From a virus (Duplodnaviria > Caudoviricetes): a stretch of 64,000 nt of DNA. Shown here one piece after another: positions 41,475 through 51,785 of this stretch. The notes under the pieces were generated by a model. The model did not search any database. It was not told the origin of the DNA and worked only from the letters and a program-made list of their open reading frames with translations. Made by a program: the position numbers and the translations under genes. Position 1 is the stretch's first letter, and the number at the start of each line of letters is the position of its first letter. Where the stretch lies: IMG/VR virus record IMGVR_UViG_3300006846_000010, positions 1 to 64,000 of that record. One strand, given 5' to 3'.

Positions 41475-42245
41475 GTGCCGCTTCCCTCGGGACTGTGCGA
41501 GACGTGGACGCCGACCTTCTCGTGTGCCGTACCGACGAGTTCATACGCGTTCACCGGCCTAGCCGCCGAGGCATCCACCGAGATCTTGTTCGCCCTGACG
41601 GGGCGCCAGTTCGGCCTGTGCCCGGTGACGATTCGTCCCTGTCGCGAGACGTGCTACGGCGGGTGGGACGGCGGCGCCGGGTTCAGCACGTACCCGGTGC
41701 CACTTCTTCACGCCGGTTCGTGGTACAACATCACGTGTGGTGAGTGTACGACGGGATGCTCGTGCTCGCCCGTCTCCGAGGTAGTGTTGCCGGGGCCGGT
41801 GTACGCCGTCATCCAGGTCAAGGTAGATGGGATCGCGCTACCTACGGGATCATACCGTCTCGATGACGGACGACGTCTCGTGCGCCTCGGCGGAAGCTGG
41901 CCCGAATGCAACGACCTCAACCTGGCCGATACCGAGCCTAACACGTGGTCTGTGACCTTCCAGATCGGTTTGCCGATACCGACGCTCGCTCTGCTGGCAC
42001 ACGGGGTCCTGACGGCCGAGATCGCGAAGATGCTCGCGTGTGACGAGACGTGCGGCCTACCGAAGCAGGTGCAGTCGCTGTCACGTCAGGGCGTCAATAT
42101 CACGTTTTTGGACCCAAATGAGGTCTTCGCGAACGGTAGGACCGGACTCTACCTGCCGGACCTGCTGATACAGACGTACAACCCACGCGGACTCACGCGT
42201 CGCGCGCAGGCGTACGACATCGACAACCCGCCGCGGTACACGTAG
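41475..42245 (+). CDS. head-to-tail adaptor
   Basis: ASTEILFALTGRQFG.C..TIRPC, VKVDG, WP.C.DL, SRQGV, TG...DL.I...NP. Confidence 0.7.
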   Translation: MPLPSGLCETWTPTFSCAVPTSSYAFTGLAAEASTEILFALTGRQFGLCPVTIRPCRETCYGGWDGGAGFSTYPVPLLHAGSWYNITCGECTTGCSCSPVSEVVLPGPVYAVIQVKVDGIALPTGSYRLDDGRRLVRLGGSWPECNDLNLADTEPNTWSVTFQIGLPIPTLALLAHGVLTAEIAKMLACDETCGLPKQVQSLSRQGVNITFLDPNEVFANGRTGLYLPDLLIQTYNPRGLTRRAQAYDIDNPPRYT

Positions 42246-42282
42246 TTCGGCCGCGCACTAACGACGGAGGTGGGACAGCACG

Positions 42283-42783
42283 ATGAGCGTAACGATGACT
42301 CCGCTAACGGTACGCAAGCTGGCGGACCGGTCAACGGGTACCCGGGAGGTGCGCTTCGACCCGGTGACGGGACTGAAGAAGCTGGTTAACCCGGCGACTC
42401 CGGGTGAGGAACACGAGCCGTGGCCCCTCATGGGCGTCGAGGTCGTAGGTGACGTGCCGGCCGCGACGCGCGTGCCTACCCGCTGGGTGGCACGTGGCAT
42501 CTCGGAGGGATGGCTCCAGGGGATCGGCGGCAACCCGGTGGTTCGGCCGGCCGGACCGGCGCAGACCGACTGGAACAGCTCACAGACCGGTGCTCCGCAC
42601 ATGTTCATGCACTACGACCGAATCGTCATCAAAGCGGTGACCGGCGACGTGGTGTATCGTGTGACACACCAGCCCGACAAGTACGTCGCGGACGGCGCTG
42701 ATGACGCCTCGGTGACGCCGGAGTTGTACGCGGCCGGCGAGACGCGGGTTGACCACTTCTACGACCTCGTGCTGGAGGGCTGA
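42283..42783 (+). CDS. hypothetical virion-region protein
   Basis: GGAGG RBS; lies in the structural operon. Confidence 0.65.
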   Translation: MSVTMTPLTVRKLADRSTGTREVRFDPVTGLKKLVNPATPGEEHEPWPLMGVEVVGDVPAATRVPTRWVARGISEGWLQGIGGNPVVRPAGPAQTDWNSSQTGAPHMFMHYDRIVIKAVTGDVVYRVTHQPDKYVADGADDASVTPELYAAGETRVDHFYDLVLEG

Positions 42784-42786
42784 GTC

Positions 42787-43260
42787 GTGGCCGATCTCGT
42801 GTTCAACATCGCTAAGGGGAAGGTCGCGGAGTACGCCGCGCGCGTCAACGCAAATGACCCGACCAACTCGGCGCTGATCATCTCGATTTGGAACAACGAC
42901 GGCAGCTCGACCGACGACCAGGTGCGTGACGCGAATACGGTGGCCGACGTGGAGGCGTTGACCGGCGTCACCGAGCGGGTCGCGACGGGGTGGACGCGCA
43001 AGACGCTGAGTGATGCCGGCGGCATCACGGTAACCGTGGATGACACGAACAACTGGGTCGACGTCGACTGCCCGGACCAGACGTGGACATCGGTTACCGC
43101 AGGTACGGCGACAGACCTGTCATTCTCGTATGACAGTGACACCACCGCGGGTACCGACGCGAACATCGTACCGTGCACCTGGCACGACTTCGTGGTGACT
43201 CCGGACGGCAGTGACGTCACCGCACAGATCGCGACGGCCGGCTTCTTCCGGGCGCAGTAG
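42787..43260 (+). CDS. putative virion structural protein
   Basis: Asp/Thr-rich beta protein, FNIAKG...GWTRKTL...TPDGSDVT. Confidence 0.65.
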   Translation: MADLVFNIAKGKVAEYAARVNANDPTNSALIISIWNNDGSSTDDQVRDANTVADVEALTGVTERVATGWTRKTLSDAGGITVTVDDTNNWVDVDCPDQTWTSVTAGTATDLSFSYDSDTTAGTDANIVPCTWHDFVVTPDGSDVTAQIATAGFFRAQ

Positions 43261-43288
43261 ATCCCCTAGGAGCTAGGGGGATGCGCAC

Positions 43289-45475
43289 ATGGCGCTCGGC
43301 GTACGCACACTGGCCAGCAACACGGCCACCACCGACGGTGCCACCACGCTCTCCGTGTCCCCGACGGGGATGGAGCAGTTTGACTGGTTGATCATCGGTG
43401 TGTGTTCGGCCGGCGGCACAGGGGCGCACACTAACACGGCCGGTGGGCTGTCACGAGCCACGGCCGCAGACATCGCCGGCGGCACGGTCACCGTTGCGTC
43501 GACGTGGAAGAAGAAGTGCGGGGCGGGTGAGGCCGGACCGTACACGTTCTCCTTCGGTGGGTCGACACGCCGGGCGGTGATCATCGCTGTCGCGTACTCC
43601 GGCGGCGACGCGACAGACATCGTGGAATCGGCGCCGGCCGGCGTCGCCTCGGGCGCGTCTGACTCGTCACTGGCCGTTCCCGGGGTGGATCCGGCCGGTC
43701 TCGGTACCACTCACCTCGTCTGGGAGTTCTCCCGCACGGCGGGTGGTGTCCAGCAAGACTTCAACGCGATCACTAACTACCCCGAGACGGTTGAGGTCTC
43801 CTCAACACACGCCACGAACGCAAACGCCAACGCGGCGGTGTCGACGCGGGCACTACCGAACGCTAACGCAACTGGTGACATCACCTTCTCGGTCGTTACG
43901 GCGGACCGGCTGTCCGGGACGAGCGTTCTTCTCAAGCCCGGTCTTCAGACCGTTGCGATAGGGCAGGTCACCGAGACCGACTCCGCGGGGGTTCTAACTC
44001 GTCGTCACACGTACGTCATCGGCCAGGTTACCGAGACAGACTCCGCCGCGGTCATCACACCGGTCCAGACGGGTGGCGGTCAGACGATCGCGGTCGGTCA
44101 AGTTACGGAGACCGACTCGGCCGGTGTTATTACCGTTCGTAAGACCGTAATTCTCGGCCAAGCCACCGAGACGGATGCGGCCGGCATCGTGACGATGCGT
44201 AAGACGATAGCCGTCGGCCAGGTCACCGAAACCGACACCGCCGGTGTCGTCTCACCGATGCGTGTGTATGACGTTGGTCAAGCCGTCGAGACCGACACGG
44301 CAGGTGCCCTCGAGACCGCGAAGACCGTCACGGTCAACCGGGCAACGGAGACGGACTCAGCCGGCACGGTAATCGCAACGCACGTTATCACGGTGGGACA
44401 GGCGACCGAGACCGACGTCGCCGGGGCGCTCGAGGTCGCTAAAGCTGCGGACGTCGCACAAGTCGTCGAGACAGACTCCGCGGGTACCGTGACGGCCCGT
44501 GAGACGTTCGCACTAGGTCAGGCCGTCGAGACCGATACCGCGAGCGCGATCACATTTAGCAAGACTGTTCACCTGGGTCAGGTGACCGAGCTCGACACCG
44601 CCCAGCAGATCACATCGCAGGGCACCAAGGTCATCGAGGTCGTCAAGGTCACGGAGACCGACTCCGCGGGTACGATCACCGCGCTCAAGACGGTCGACGT
44701 AGCCCAGGTGACCGAGACCGATACGGCCGGAGCCGTCGAAGCGGCGAAGACCGCGGCGGTTGGTCGTGCGGTGGAGAACGACTTGGCCGGCGTCGTATCA
44801 CCGCGTCACACGACGGCGATCGGCCAGGTTTCGGAGACGAACGTCGCCCTCCCGCTGGGCGCGCTCAGCACGGTTGGCGTCGCGCAGACGACGGAGATCG
44901 ACACAGCACAACCTATCACCTCGAGCGGGGGTGCAGCGCCCGAGCCCGGAACGGAGGTGGACCTCGTGACGCTGGCATTTATCATTGTGACAGGTGTCGG
45001 GCAGTGCGTCGTGGACGCGCTGGCCGAGACGGAGGGAGGTCCGCCGGCACGGGCCTGCCTAGCCGTTCCGGGCGAGATCGCCTGGGATAACTGCGAGTGT
45101 GGCCAGTTCGCGCAGAGCATCACCAGCGACACACCCGCGCAGACCAACATGACCGCGGCGACCAGCTCGCCGTTCAGCGGATGCGGTCCGCCACTTCTGG
45201 TGATGGACGTCACGGCGTCCATAACACGGTGCGTTCCGGGCATCGACAGTACCGGACATCCGCCGTCGTGCGCCGCGCTGCTCGACGCGGCGCGGATCCT
45301 CGAGGATGACCGGGAGGCCATGCGCCAGGCGATCACGTGTTGTCTCAAGACGCTGTTTGAGGCGTACCGGATCTCCGGGTACACGGTGGGCGCGTCCGTC
45401 ACGGTGGGTCCCCAGGGCGAGTGCGCGGGCGTCAACATCACATATCAGTTCGGGCTCAGCCGGGCGTGCTGCTAG
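43289..45475 (+). CDS. fibre-like repeat protein fused to a tail-completion/terminator-like C-terminal domain
   Basis: N-terminal beta domain, 16 x ~20-aa ETD repeats, Cys-rich C-terminus (PGEIAWDNCECGQ...GPQGECAG). Confidence 0.65.
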   Translation: MALGVRTLASNTATTDGATTLSVSPTGMEQFDWLIIGVCSAGGTGAHTNTAGGLSRATAADIAGGTVTVASTWKKKCGAGEAGPYTFSFGGSTRRAVIIAVAYSGGDATDIVESAPAGVASGASDSSLAVPGVDPAGLGTTHLVWEFSRTAGGVQQDFNAITNYPETVEVSSTHATNANANAAVSTRALPNANATGDITFSVVTADRLSGTSVLLKPGLQTVAIGQVTETDSAGVLTRRHTYVIGQVTETDSAAVITPVQTGGGQTIAVGQVTETDSAGVITVRKTVILGQATETDAAGIVTMRKTIAVGQVTETDTAGVVSPMRVYDVGQAVETDTAGALETAKTVTVNRATETDSAGTVIATHVITVGQATETDVAGALEVAKAADVAQVVETDSAGTVTARETFALGQAVETDTASAITFSKTVHLGQVTELDTAQQITSQGTKVIEVVKVTETDSAGTITALKTVDVAQVTETDTAGAVEAAKTAAVGRAVENDLAGVVSPRHTTAIGQVSETNVALPLGALSTVGVAQTTEIDTAQPITSSGGAAPEPGTEVDLVTLAFIIVTGVGQCVVDALAETEGGPPARACLAVPGEIAWDNCECGQFAQSITSDTPAQTNMTAATSSPFSGCGPPLLVMDVTASITRCVPGIDSTGHPPSCAALLDAARILEDDREAMRQAITCCLKTLFEAYRISGYTVGASVTVGPQGECAGVNITYQFGLSRACC
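43946..44926 (+). repeat. 16 tandem ~60-bp coding repeats (xTVxVGQ(V/A)TETD(S/T)AGxIT)
   Basis: Counted in the translation of 43289..45475. Confidence 0.85.
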
Positions 45476-45484
45476 GAGGACGCC

Positions 45485-45898
45485 GTGGGCATCGACCGCG
45501 CTAAGTTGACCGCGCGTCTTCGAGAAAAACAGGCGAAGGATCTGCTGCGCCGAGGTTTCAAGGTTCAGGCGCGCGCCCGAGTCCTCCTCGGCGGAGCCGC
45601 TGGGCATCCGCGGCGTATCCGTACCAAGCGTCTCTGGTCGAGCGTCCAGGTACAGCTCAGGGCGTTCGGAGGCAGCCCCGTCGTCCGGATCGGAACCAAC
45701 GTACGGTACTCCCGCCGGGTGCATGACGGTACCGGGATCTACGGTCCGCGCCGTCGGCCGATCCGACCGAAGCGCGGCAAGTTCCTGGTGTTCACTCCGA
45801 GGAACGGCATCCAGAGTCGAAAGGTGTTCGTACGTGAGGTTAAGGGTATGCGTCAGAACCAGTACCTGAGAGACGCACTACCCGCGGCCCGTGATTAG
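45485..45898 (+). CDS. neck/tail completion protein (HK97 gp10-like)
   Basis: Basic protein, IGTNVRY..VHDGTG, IRPK..K.L.F, V.G...N.YL.DAL. Confidence 0.7.
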   Translation: MGIDRAKLTARLREKQAKDLLRRGFKVQARARVLLGGAAGHPRRIRTKRLWSSVQVQLRAFGGSPVVRIGTNVRYSRRVHDGTGIYGPRRRPIRPKRGKFLVFTPRNGIQSRKVFVREVKGMRQNQYLRDALPAARD

Positions 45899-45990
45899 GT
45901 GCTCGTGCGCGAAGACGCGCGGAGATGAGACCTACCGTGCATCGGCTACGGTTAACCTCGAAGGGGCCGCACACAGCGAGGAGACGCACT

Positions 45991-46476
45991 ATGACGTACC
46001 CGACCGCTCTGGTAGAGCTACCCGACGCGGATGACTCGATCGAGATCAAGGACTTTACGATCCCCGTCCGGCGGATCAGGTTCAGGATCGCACCGGAGGT
46101 CTACGAGGCGCATCCGATGCTCGGCCTGCCGCTCATGCAGCAGCTGACACGACTCGGTCGAACGATCGGAGACATCACTCGGTCGACGTCAAGCGACGAT
46201 GACGACTCGGGGATTGAGAAGAAACTAGACGTCATCTACGCCATCTTCGACAAGCTGCTCCTGCCGGAGTCGGCGGATAGGTTCAAGGCTCGGATCGCTG
46301 CGAACGAGGTCGACACGACGAGGCAGCTGATCCCGATCGTCATGCACCTACTGGAGGCCTACGGCGCCCGCCCTACACAGCCGTCATCGGACTCGTCCAC
46401 TGGATCACCCAGCGGGACCGGTGGCACATCTTCCACGGACGCTGCGTCGAGCGTGGTGTCCGCCTCGCCGAGCTGA
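45991..46476 (+). CDS. tail assembly chaperone (short form)
   Basis: Position before tape measure; GAGGAG RBS; YGARPT followed by a Ser-rich tail. Confidence 0.75.
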   Translation: MTYPTALVELPDADDSIEIKDFTIPVRRIRFRIAPEVYEAHPMLGLPLMQQLTRLGRTIGDITRSTSSDDDDSGIEKKLDVIYAIFDKLLLPESADRFKARIAANEVDTTRQLIPIVMHLLEAYGARPTQPSSDSSTGSPSGTGGTSSTDAASSVVSASPS

Positions 46477-46703
46477 GCGTCCCCGAGTTTCTGGACCTGG
46501 TACACGTGTACCTGCTGGGCATGCTCGAGCAAGAGGAGGACCGCGTGCGCGTTAACCGGACCCTGGTCGGTCCGCCGCGCGTCGACAGACCGACGGTCGT
46601 GGACGAGCGCACCGGCATCGTGCCTCCTCCGTGGTGGCGCGGCGACGAGTACGCGTCGCGCAGCTCGGCGGCCGCCGCACTGACCCTGCGGCGTAGGGCG
46701 TAG
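46371..46703 (+). CDS. tail assembly chaperone frameshift extension (-1 frame)
   Basis: -1 frame open from CCC TAC at 46371 (PYTAVIGLVHW...) to the stop at 46703, with no good start of its own. Confidence 0.65.
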   Translation, partial: PYTAVIGLVHWITQRDRWHIFHGRCVERGVRLAELSVPEFLDLVHVYLLGMLEQEEDRVRVNRTLVGPPRVDRPTVVDERTGIVPPPWWRGDEYASRSSAAAALTLRRRA

Positions 46704-46719
46704 TCGAGGAGGTAGCGAC

Positions 46720-49266
46720 GTGACCCAGCCGGGCGGACCGATCGACGTCACATACGTCGAGCTGCGCGCCTCCGGGGAGCGCGATGCGGTCCGGGACATC
46801 GACCGTGCCGCGGACGACATCGAGCGTCGGATCGAGAAGCTGTCCAAGGACATGAGCCGGGACATCGACCGGTCATTTAACGAGTCCACGAAGAGCGTCG
46901 TAAAGCATCTGAATAAGTTAGATGACGGCGTTCGCGACGCGTCGGCACGGCAGCGCGCGGAGATCACCAAGGTCACTAAGACGCTCGGCGACAGCTTCGA
47001 GGAGGGTGTGGACGCCGCGGCCGCCGCGGTGGGTCGGCTGTCGCGTAGCGTGGACGGCGAGCTCGAGAAGGTTCGGCGACGGGGTAAGGACACCGGTGAG
47101 TCACTAGGTAAGCAGCTAGGCGAGGCGCTGGACGGACCGGGACTATTTGCCGACCTGGCGCGGATCGGTACCCAGCTCAAGGGGATATCGGCGTTGCTGC
47201 CGTCCCCGCTGGTGGCCGCGCTGGTGGCCGCGGTTCCGGCGATCATAGCTCTGGGTGGCGCGTTGCTGGACCTGAGCGCGTTGCTGTTGGCCCTGCCCGC
47301 GGCGATCTCGGTAGTGATCGCCGCGTTCGCGACGCTGAAGGTGGCGTTCGGCGGCGTCAACGACGCGATCAGCGCGCTGGCGACCGGCGACCTGAAGAAG
47401 ATCGAGGAGGCGATGCGCAACCTGTCGCCCAGCGCGCGCCTGTTCGCGCGTGAGGTCGACAAGCTCAGGAAGCCGTTTCTCGAGCTTCGGAAGGTCGTCC
47501 AGGAGTCGTTCTTCGGACCGCTACGCGGTGATCTCACGGCGCTCGCCAACGCGACGCTGCCGACGCTGCGAACCGGGATGTCCGCGGTCGCGGCGGCGTT
47601 CGCCGGCATGTTCAAGCAGATCGGCGAGCTGCTCGGTTCGAACGACATCGTGGAGGCGCTCGGGGATGTCTTCGAGTCCACGGCACGCATCATCACCAAC
47701 ATCTCGCCGCAGCTGACCAAGTTCCTGGGTACGCTGTTCGGGGTGATTGAGCACGGGTTGCCGTTCATCGAGCGTGCGTTCGCGGCGCTGGGTCGTGGGC
47801 TGGAGTCGCTGTCTGGTTTCTTAAGTGGGTCGCTCAAGACGGGCGACTTCGAGGATTTCCTCGAGACCGCGTTCTCCCTCATGAAGGACCTCGGTGCGCT
47901 GACGGCGTCGGTCGGTAAGCTGTTGGTGGCGCTGTTCGGCAACGCCGGCGACGAGGGCCAGAACCTGATCCGGTCACTTACCCAGATGGTCGACAAGATG
48001 ACCGAGTTCCTGAACAGCGCGGAGGGGCAGGAGGCTCTCCAGCGACTGCTAGACAGCTTGCCGGTTCTCATCCAGTCCCTTCAGGCAGGTCTGATCATCT
48101 TCGGTGCGCTGATCGTTCTGCAGGAGCAGACGTTCCAGATGTTCGAGCTGATCGGTCGCGGGGTCGTAGTTGCCGCGCAGGCGGTCGGTGGCTTCTTCGC
48201 GATGTTGTGGGGCTGGATCCAGACCGCGGGAAGCGCCACCGGTGGCTTCTTCGCCTCGGTCGGTAACTTCTTCGCCACGATCGGCGGTAAGATCGCAGCG
48301 GGTGCGGCGGCCATGTTCTCATTCTTCGGCCAGGTGGTTGAATCTGTGAGGACTCTGCCCGGTCGTCTGCTCGCGGCGCTCAAGGCGCTGCCGGGTGTCG
48401 TGGCTGACATCTTCAACCGGACGTTCGACCAGGCGACGTACATCGTCGGGTTTGCGATCGGGTCGATCATTAAGTTCGCACTGGAGCTACCCGGCAGGAT
48501 TAAGACCGCGATCTCGACCATGATCACGTTTGTGTCACAGGTGTTTACACAGACCAAAGACGCGGCTATCCGGCTCGTGGTCAGTATGATCGAGGGTACC
48601 CTGGCGTTCCTCCGGGCGCTGCCGGGTCGCGTACGCGCCGCGATTGCGGCGATTATCGGCTTCATCGGCGGCGTGTTCACGTCAGCTAAGAACGCGGCGC
48701 TGGGTCAGATCGTAGGTATGGTTAACACGACGCTGGCATACCTAAAGGCGCTGCCAGGACGTGCTAAAACGGCGGTGTCGGCCTTGCCGGGACTGGTGCT
48801 CGGCGTCCTCAGGTCGGTCGTTAGCGGCGCGTATAACATCGGTCTGGACATCCTGCGAGGTGTCGCGAACGGCATTAGCGCGGGCATCGGGTGGGTGTAT
48901 GACATGGCGCGCCGCGCAGCTAGCAACATCCTCCAAGGTATGAAGGACGCGTTAGGCATCGGCTCGCCGTCGAAGGTCTTCGCGGATGAGGTCGGTCGGC
49001 AGATCACGGCGGGTATCGGTGTCGGCGTTCGCGCCGAGATACCGGATCTCCGACGACTGGTGGACTCGCTGGGTGGTCGACTCGTGCCGGGTAGTGCAAG
49101 TACGACGGATCGGAGCATCAACTTCGGTCGCGGCGCCGTTCAGATCGACATGCACGGCGACCCGCCGGACCGCGCGAACGCCGAACGACTTGGGGGTACG
49201 GTTGGCACGGCGATCGCCCGAACGTTGGCGAGGCGGGATGTTCGGACCGCGGTGAGGACGGCGTAG
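46720..49266 (+). CDS. tape measure protein
   Basis: 848 aa Ala/Leu/Gly-rich helical protein, LPG repeats, C-terminal LGIGSPSKVFADEVG. Confidence 0.9.
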   Translation: MTQPGGPIDVTYVELRASGERDAVRDIDRAADDIERRIEKLSKDMSRDIDRSFNESTKSVVKHLNKLDDGVRDASARQRAEITKVTKTLGDSFEEGVDAAAAAVGRLSRSVDGELEKVRRRGKDTGESLGKQLGEALDGPGLFADLARIGTQLKGISALLPSPLVAALVAAVPAIIALGGALLDLSALLLALPAAISVVIAAFATLKVAFGGVNDAISALATGDLKKIEEAMRNLSPSARLFAREVDKLRKPFLELRKVVQESFFGPLRGDLTALANATLPTLRTGMSAVAAAFAGMFKQIGELLGSNDIVEALGDVFESTARIITNISPQLTKFLGTLFGVIEHGLPFIERAFAALGRGLESLSGFLSGSLKTGDFEDFLETAFSLMKDLGALTASVGKLLVALFGNAGDEGQNLIRSLTQMVDKMTEFLNSAEGQEALQRLLDSLPVLIQSLQAGLIIFGALIVLQEQTFQMFELIGRGVVVAAQAVGGFFAMLWGWIQTAGSATGGFFASVGNFFATIGGKIAAGAAAMFSFFGQVVESVRTLPGRLLAALKALPGVVADIFNRTFDQATYIVGFAIGSIIKFALELPGRIKTAISTMITFVSQVFTQTKDAAIRLVVSMIEGTLAFLRALPGRVRAAIAAIIGFIGGVFTSAKNAALGQIVGMVNTTLAYLKALPGRAKTAVSALPGLVLGVLRSVVSGAYNIGLDILRGVANGISAGIGWVYDMARRAASNILQGMKDALGIGSPSKVFADEVGRQITAGIGVGVRAEIPDLRRLVDSLGGRLVPGSASTTDRSINFGRGAVQIDMHGDPPDRANAERLGGTVGTAIARTLARRDVRTAVRTA

Positions 49267-49269
49267 GCC

Positions 49270-51765
49270 ATGGGTGAGTACAACGCACACGCACCGTACA
49301 TCCTGGGTCAGGAGTGGGTACCGATCCGGTACGCGCCCTACCGCATGGACATCGAGACCGAGACCGGACACACGTTCCGGATTCCGACGTCGACGACGAT
49401 TGTCACAGGTGCCTACTACCTCGACAACTTCGTTGAGAGTGGCATCAACATGATGACCGCGCTGATGAGTGTGTATCCGCGCGGGCAGGAGACCCTCACC
49501 GGTCCGATTAAGAAGTTGACTATCCCGGTCAACGCGACCACAACCTTGTTCGGTACGCCTCTTCTCAATGGTGCGGTTAGCATCGTAGACGCACTTCTGT
49601 TGCCGGATGACGGTAAGTCTGTCGCATTTGACGACATACCCGGAGTGACGGCATTTTCTATGTTTTTTGACGTAGACTCGTTCGCGACCGAACTCCAGGG
49701 AAAGCGCATACTCAACGTGGACCTGGTGTACATGGCGAGTGGTCCGCCACCAAACACCGCGATTCGGACGCTGTACTCGGTTCTTGAGCTGGTGGCAACT
49801 CCCAGCTCACGTGCCTTCTACTCGTTAACACCGGAACTCTACGCCAGCACCGGAAACGCCACCCGGATGCTTCGTGTAGGCATGGGCAACGTTAATCACT
49901 TTACGGGTATCACACCCGACGACCAGCGCCGATACCCGTGGCGACTTCAAGACCTACAGCGGATCCAGTCGGGAGCACCCGCGGCGACTCGCCTCGAACT
50001 GGTGTGGGAATCAACCGGTACAAACGCCACAATTAACGACAACATCAGTATGACCTACTCAGCTCTCGAGGTGACGTACTGCGAGGAAACACGTGTCGCC
50101 TACGGTGGATGGTCCGGTCGTAAGAGTAGCCTCTTCTCAGACCTGACGACTCAGGTTCCGTTCAAGGCCGGACAAAACATCGTTCATCTTCGTACGGCGG
50201 CAACCGGTGCGACCACCGGAACGGCGCTCGCCGCAGGTGAATACACGGTGACCGTAGGCGTCGCGGACGCCGGTCCCAGCATCCAGAACGTTGGGGCCAA
50301 GCCGGTGATACGTGCCCTGCACGAGCTGTACGGCATGCCCGCACACACCGGTGTGCAGGTCACCCGGTCGCTGGTCCTCGATGACACGCCTAGCATCGAC
50401 ACCGTGAATGTGCTGCCGCAACTGTCGCTACATACCAGCAGCGCCGCGGTGACCGGGGTCCACGGCTACGGCGTGCAGGTGAAGGCACCCGTGTACGCGG
50501 GAAATGATGTCACACAAGACGTGTTACAGCACGCCGGCGCCTCCGGTGTGTCATTTCCGCAGGTTCGGTTCTACGCACGGCGATACGGCACGGCGTCCGG
50601 GACACTTGAACTGTTTCGGACGGCCACCCCGACGCAGACGGTCAACATCACGCAGGCTGACTTCGACGCACTGGCCGAAATCATGAACGGCTGGCGCGAG
50701 GTTAACCTGAGGTTCTCGGTCGTGCCAACGTTCGACAACTCGGGAAGCAACTCCGAGTGGACGTGGCGCGCGGCGGCCGCAGCGGTTGGTAGTCAGTGGC
50801 AGATACTGGTGGCCGACGCGCCTAGCGTCACAGGTACCGGTGTGCTGAACATCGACCAGACGACGTACGGAGGCCGAGGTACCGACGTGTCTTACCTCGG
50901 CGTCGAAGACGACTCGGCGGATGCCGTGTTGCTGTTCTCACAGGACCCGCCGGCCGTGACCGGCCTAGGTGTGTCTGTGCAGACGCAGACTCTGACGACC
51001 GGGCAGGAGTGCTTACTTCCGCCGGAGTGCGTTCCGACAGGGCTTTACTACCACAGGGTGACGTGGCTACCTGTCACCAGCCTGCCCGCGACGGGTTTCG
51101 GTTACTACGAGCTTCAGCGACAAGATGACGTCGACACCGAGTGGAACACAGTCCTTCGCGCGACGTCGACGGCGGTGACCGGATACTCGGACTACGAGGC
51201 TCGCGTGGGGCTGGAGTCCCGGTATCGGATCCGTACGGCTAACGTGCTAGACTTCTTCGGTGCGTGGTCCGCGACAGCGTCATCGACGCTGACGACTCCC
51301 GGTGTGCTCGGCGTCGCCGACTCGGGAAACTCGGTACTGATCTTCACCACCAACCACCTACAGGACGGGAGCGCCAACCTCGCGTACGTCGAGGTGTGGA
51401 ACGGCGCGGTGGCGGAGGACGTGCAGTTCCCGGAGGCCGACCGCGTCCGGATCAACGAGTTGTACGGCCGGGACTACGCGGTCGCGTTTCGGACGGCGGA
51501 GCGCGGCGGCGAACGGTTCTCACGCACGATGCTCGTTCAGAACTCGGCGGTGTCGACCGGCCGGATGCGCGACGGTTTCACATCACTACGCGACATGGCG
51601 TGGCAGGACTCGCCGTACGTCTGTGTTCGAAATGAGTTGGGAGACCGCTGGCTGGCGACGGTGTTGGTGCCGGGTGGCTCGATTCGACGAAATCGCCAGC
51701 TGTATATGGCGCGTGTGGACATCATCGAGGTCACCGTGACACCCGAGATCGTCGAGCTGCCGTAG
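49270..51765 (+). CDS. minor tail protein
   Basis: Follows tape measure; beta-rich with an FN3-like segment (YYELQR...YRIR). Confidence 0.7.
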   Translation: MGEYNAHAPYILGQEWVPIRYAPYRMDIETETGHTFRIPTSTTIVTGAYYLDNFVESGINMMTALMSVYPRGQETLTGPIKKLTIPVNATTTLFGTPLLNGAVSIVDALLLPDDGKSVAFDDIPGVTAFSMFFDVDSFATELQGKRILNVDLVYMASGPPPNTAIRTLYSVLELVATPSSRAFYSLTPELYASTGNATRMLRVGMGNVNHFTGITPDDQRRYPWRLQDLQRIQSGAPAATRLELVWESTGTNATINDNISMTYSALEVTYCEETRVAYGGWSGRKSSLFSDLTTQVPFKAGQNIVHLRTAATGATTGTALAAGEYTVTVGVADAGPSIQNVGAKPVIRALHELYGMPAHTGVQVTRSLVLDDTPSIDTVNVLPQLSLHTSSAAVTGVHGYGVQVKAPVYAGNDVTQDVLQHAGASGVSFPQVRFYARRYGTASGTLELFRTATPTQTVNITQADFDALAEIMNGWREVNLRFSVVPTFDNSGSNSEWTWRAAAAAVGSQWQILVADAPSVTGTGVLNIDQTTYGGRGTDVSYLGVEDDSADAVLLFSQDPPAVTGLGVSVQTQTLTTGQECLLPPECVPTGLYYHRVTWLPVTSLPATGFGYYELQRQDDVDTEWNTVLRATSTAVTGYSDYEARVGLESRYRIRTANVLDFFGAWSATASSTLTTPGVLGVADSGNSVLIFTTNHLQDGSANLAYVEVWNGAVAEDVQFPEADRVRINELYGRDYAVAFRTAERGGERFSRTMLVQNSAVSTGRMRDGFTSLRDMAWQDSPYVCVRNELGDRWLATVLVPGGSIRRNRQLYMARVDIIEVTVTPEIVELP

Positions 51766-51785
51766 CCGCGGTGAGGAGGTAGTAC

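Noticed and set aside
43946-44926. CRISPR-like or DGR repeats
   Set aside because: In-frame degenerate coding repeats with synonymous variation; no reverse transcriptase in the window
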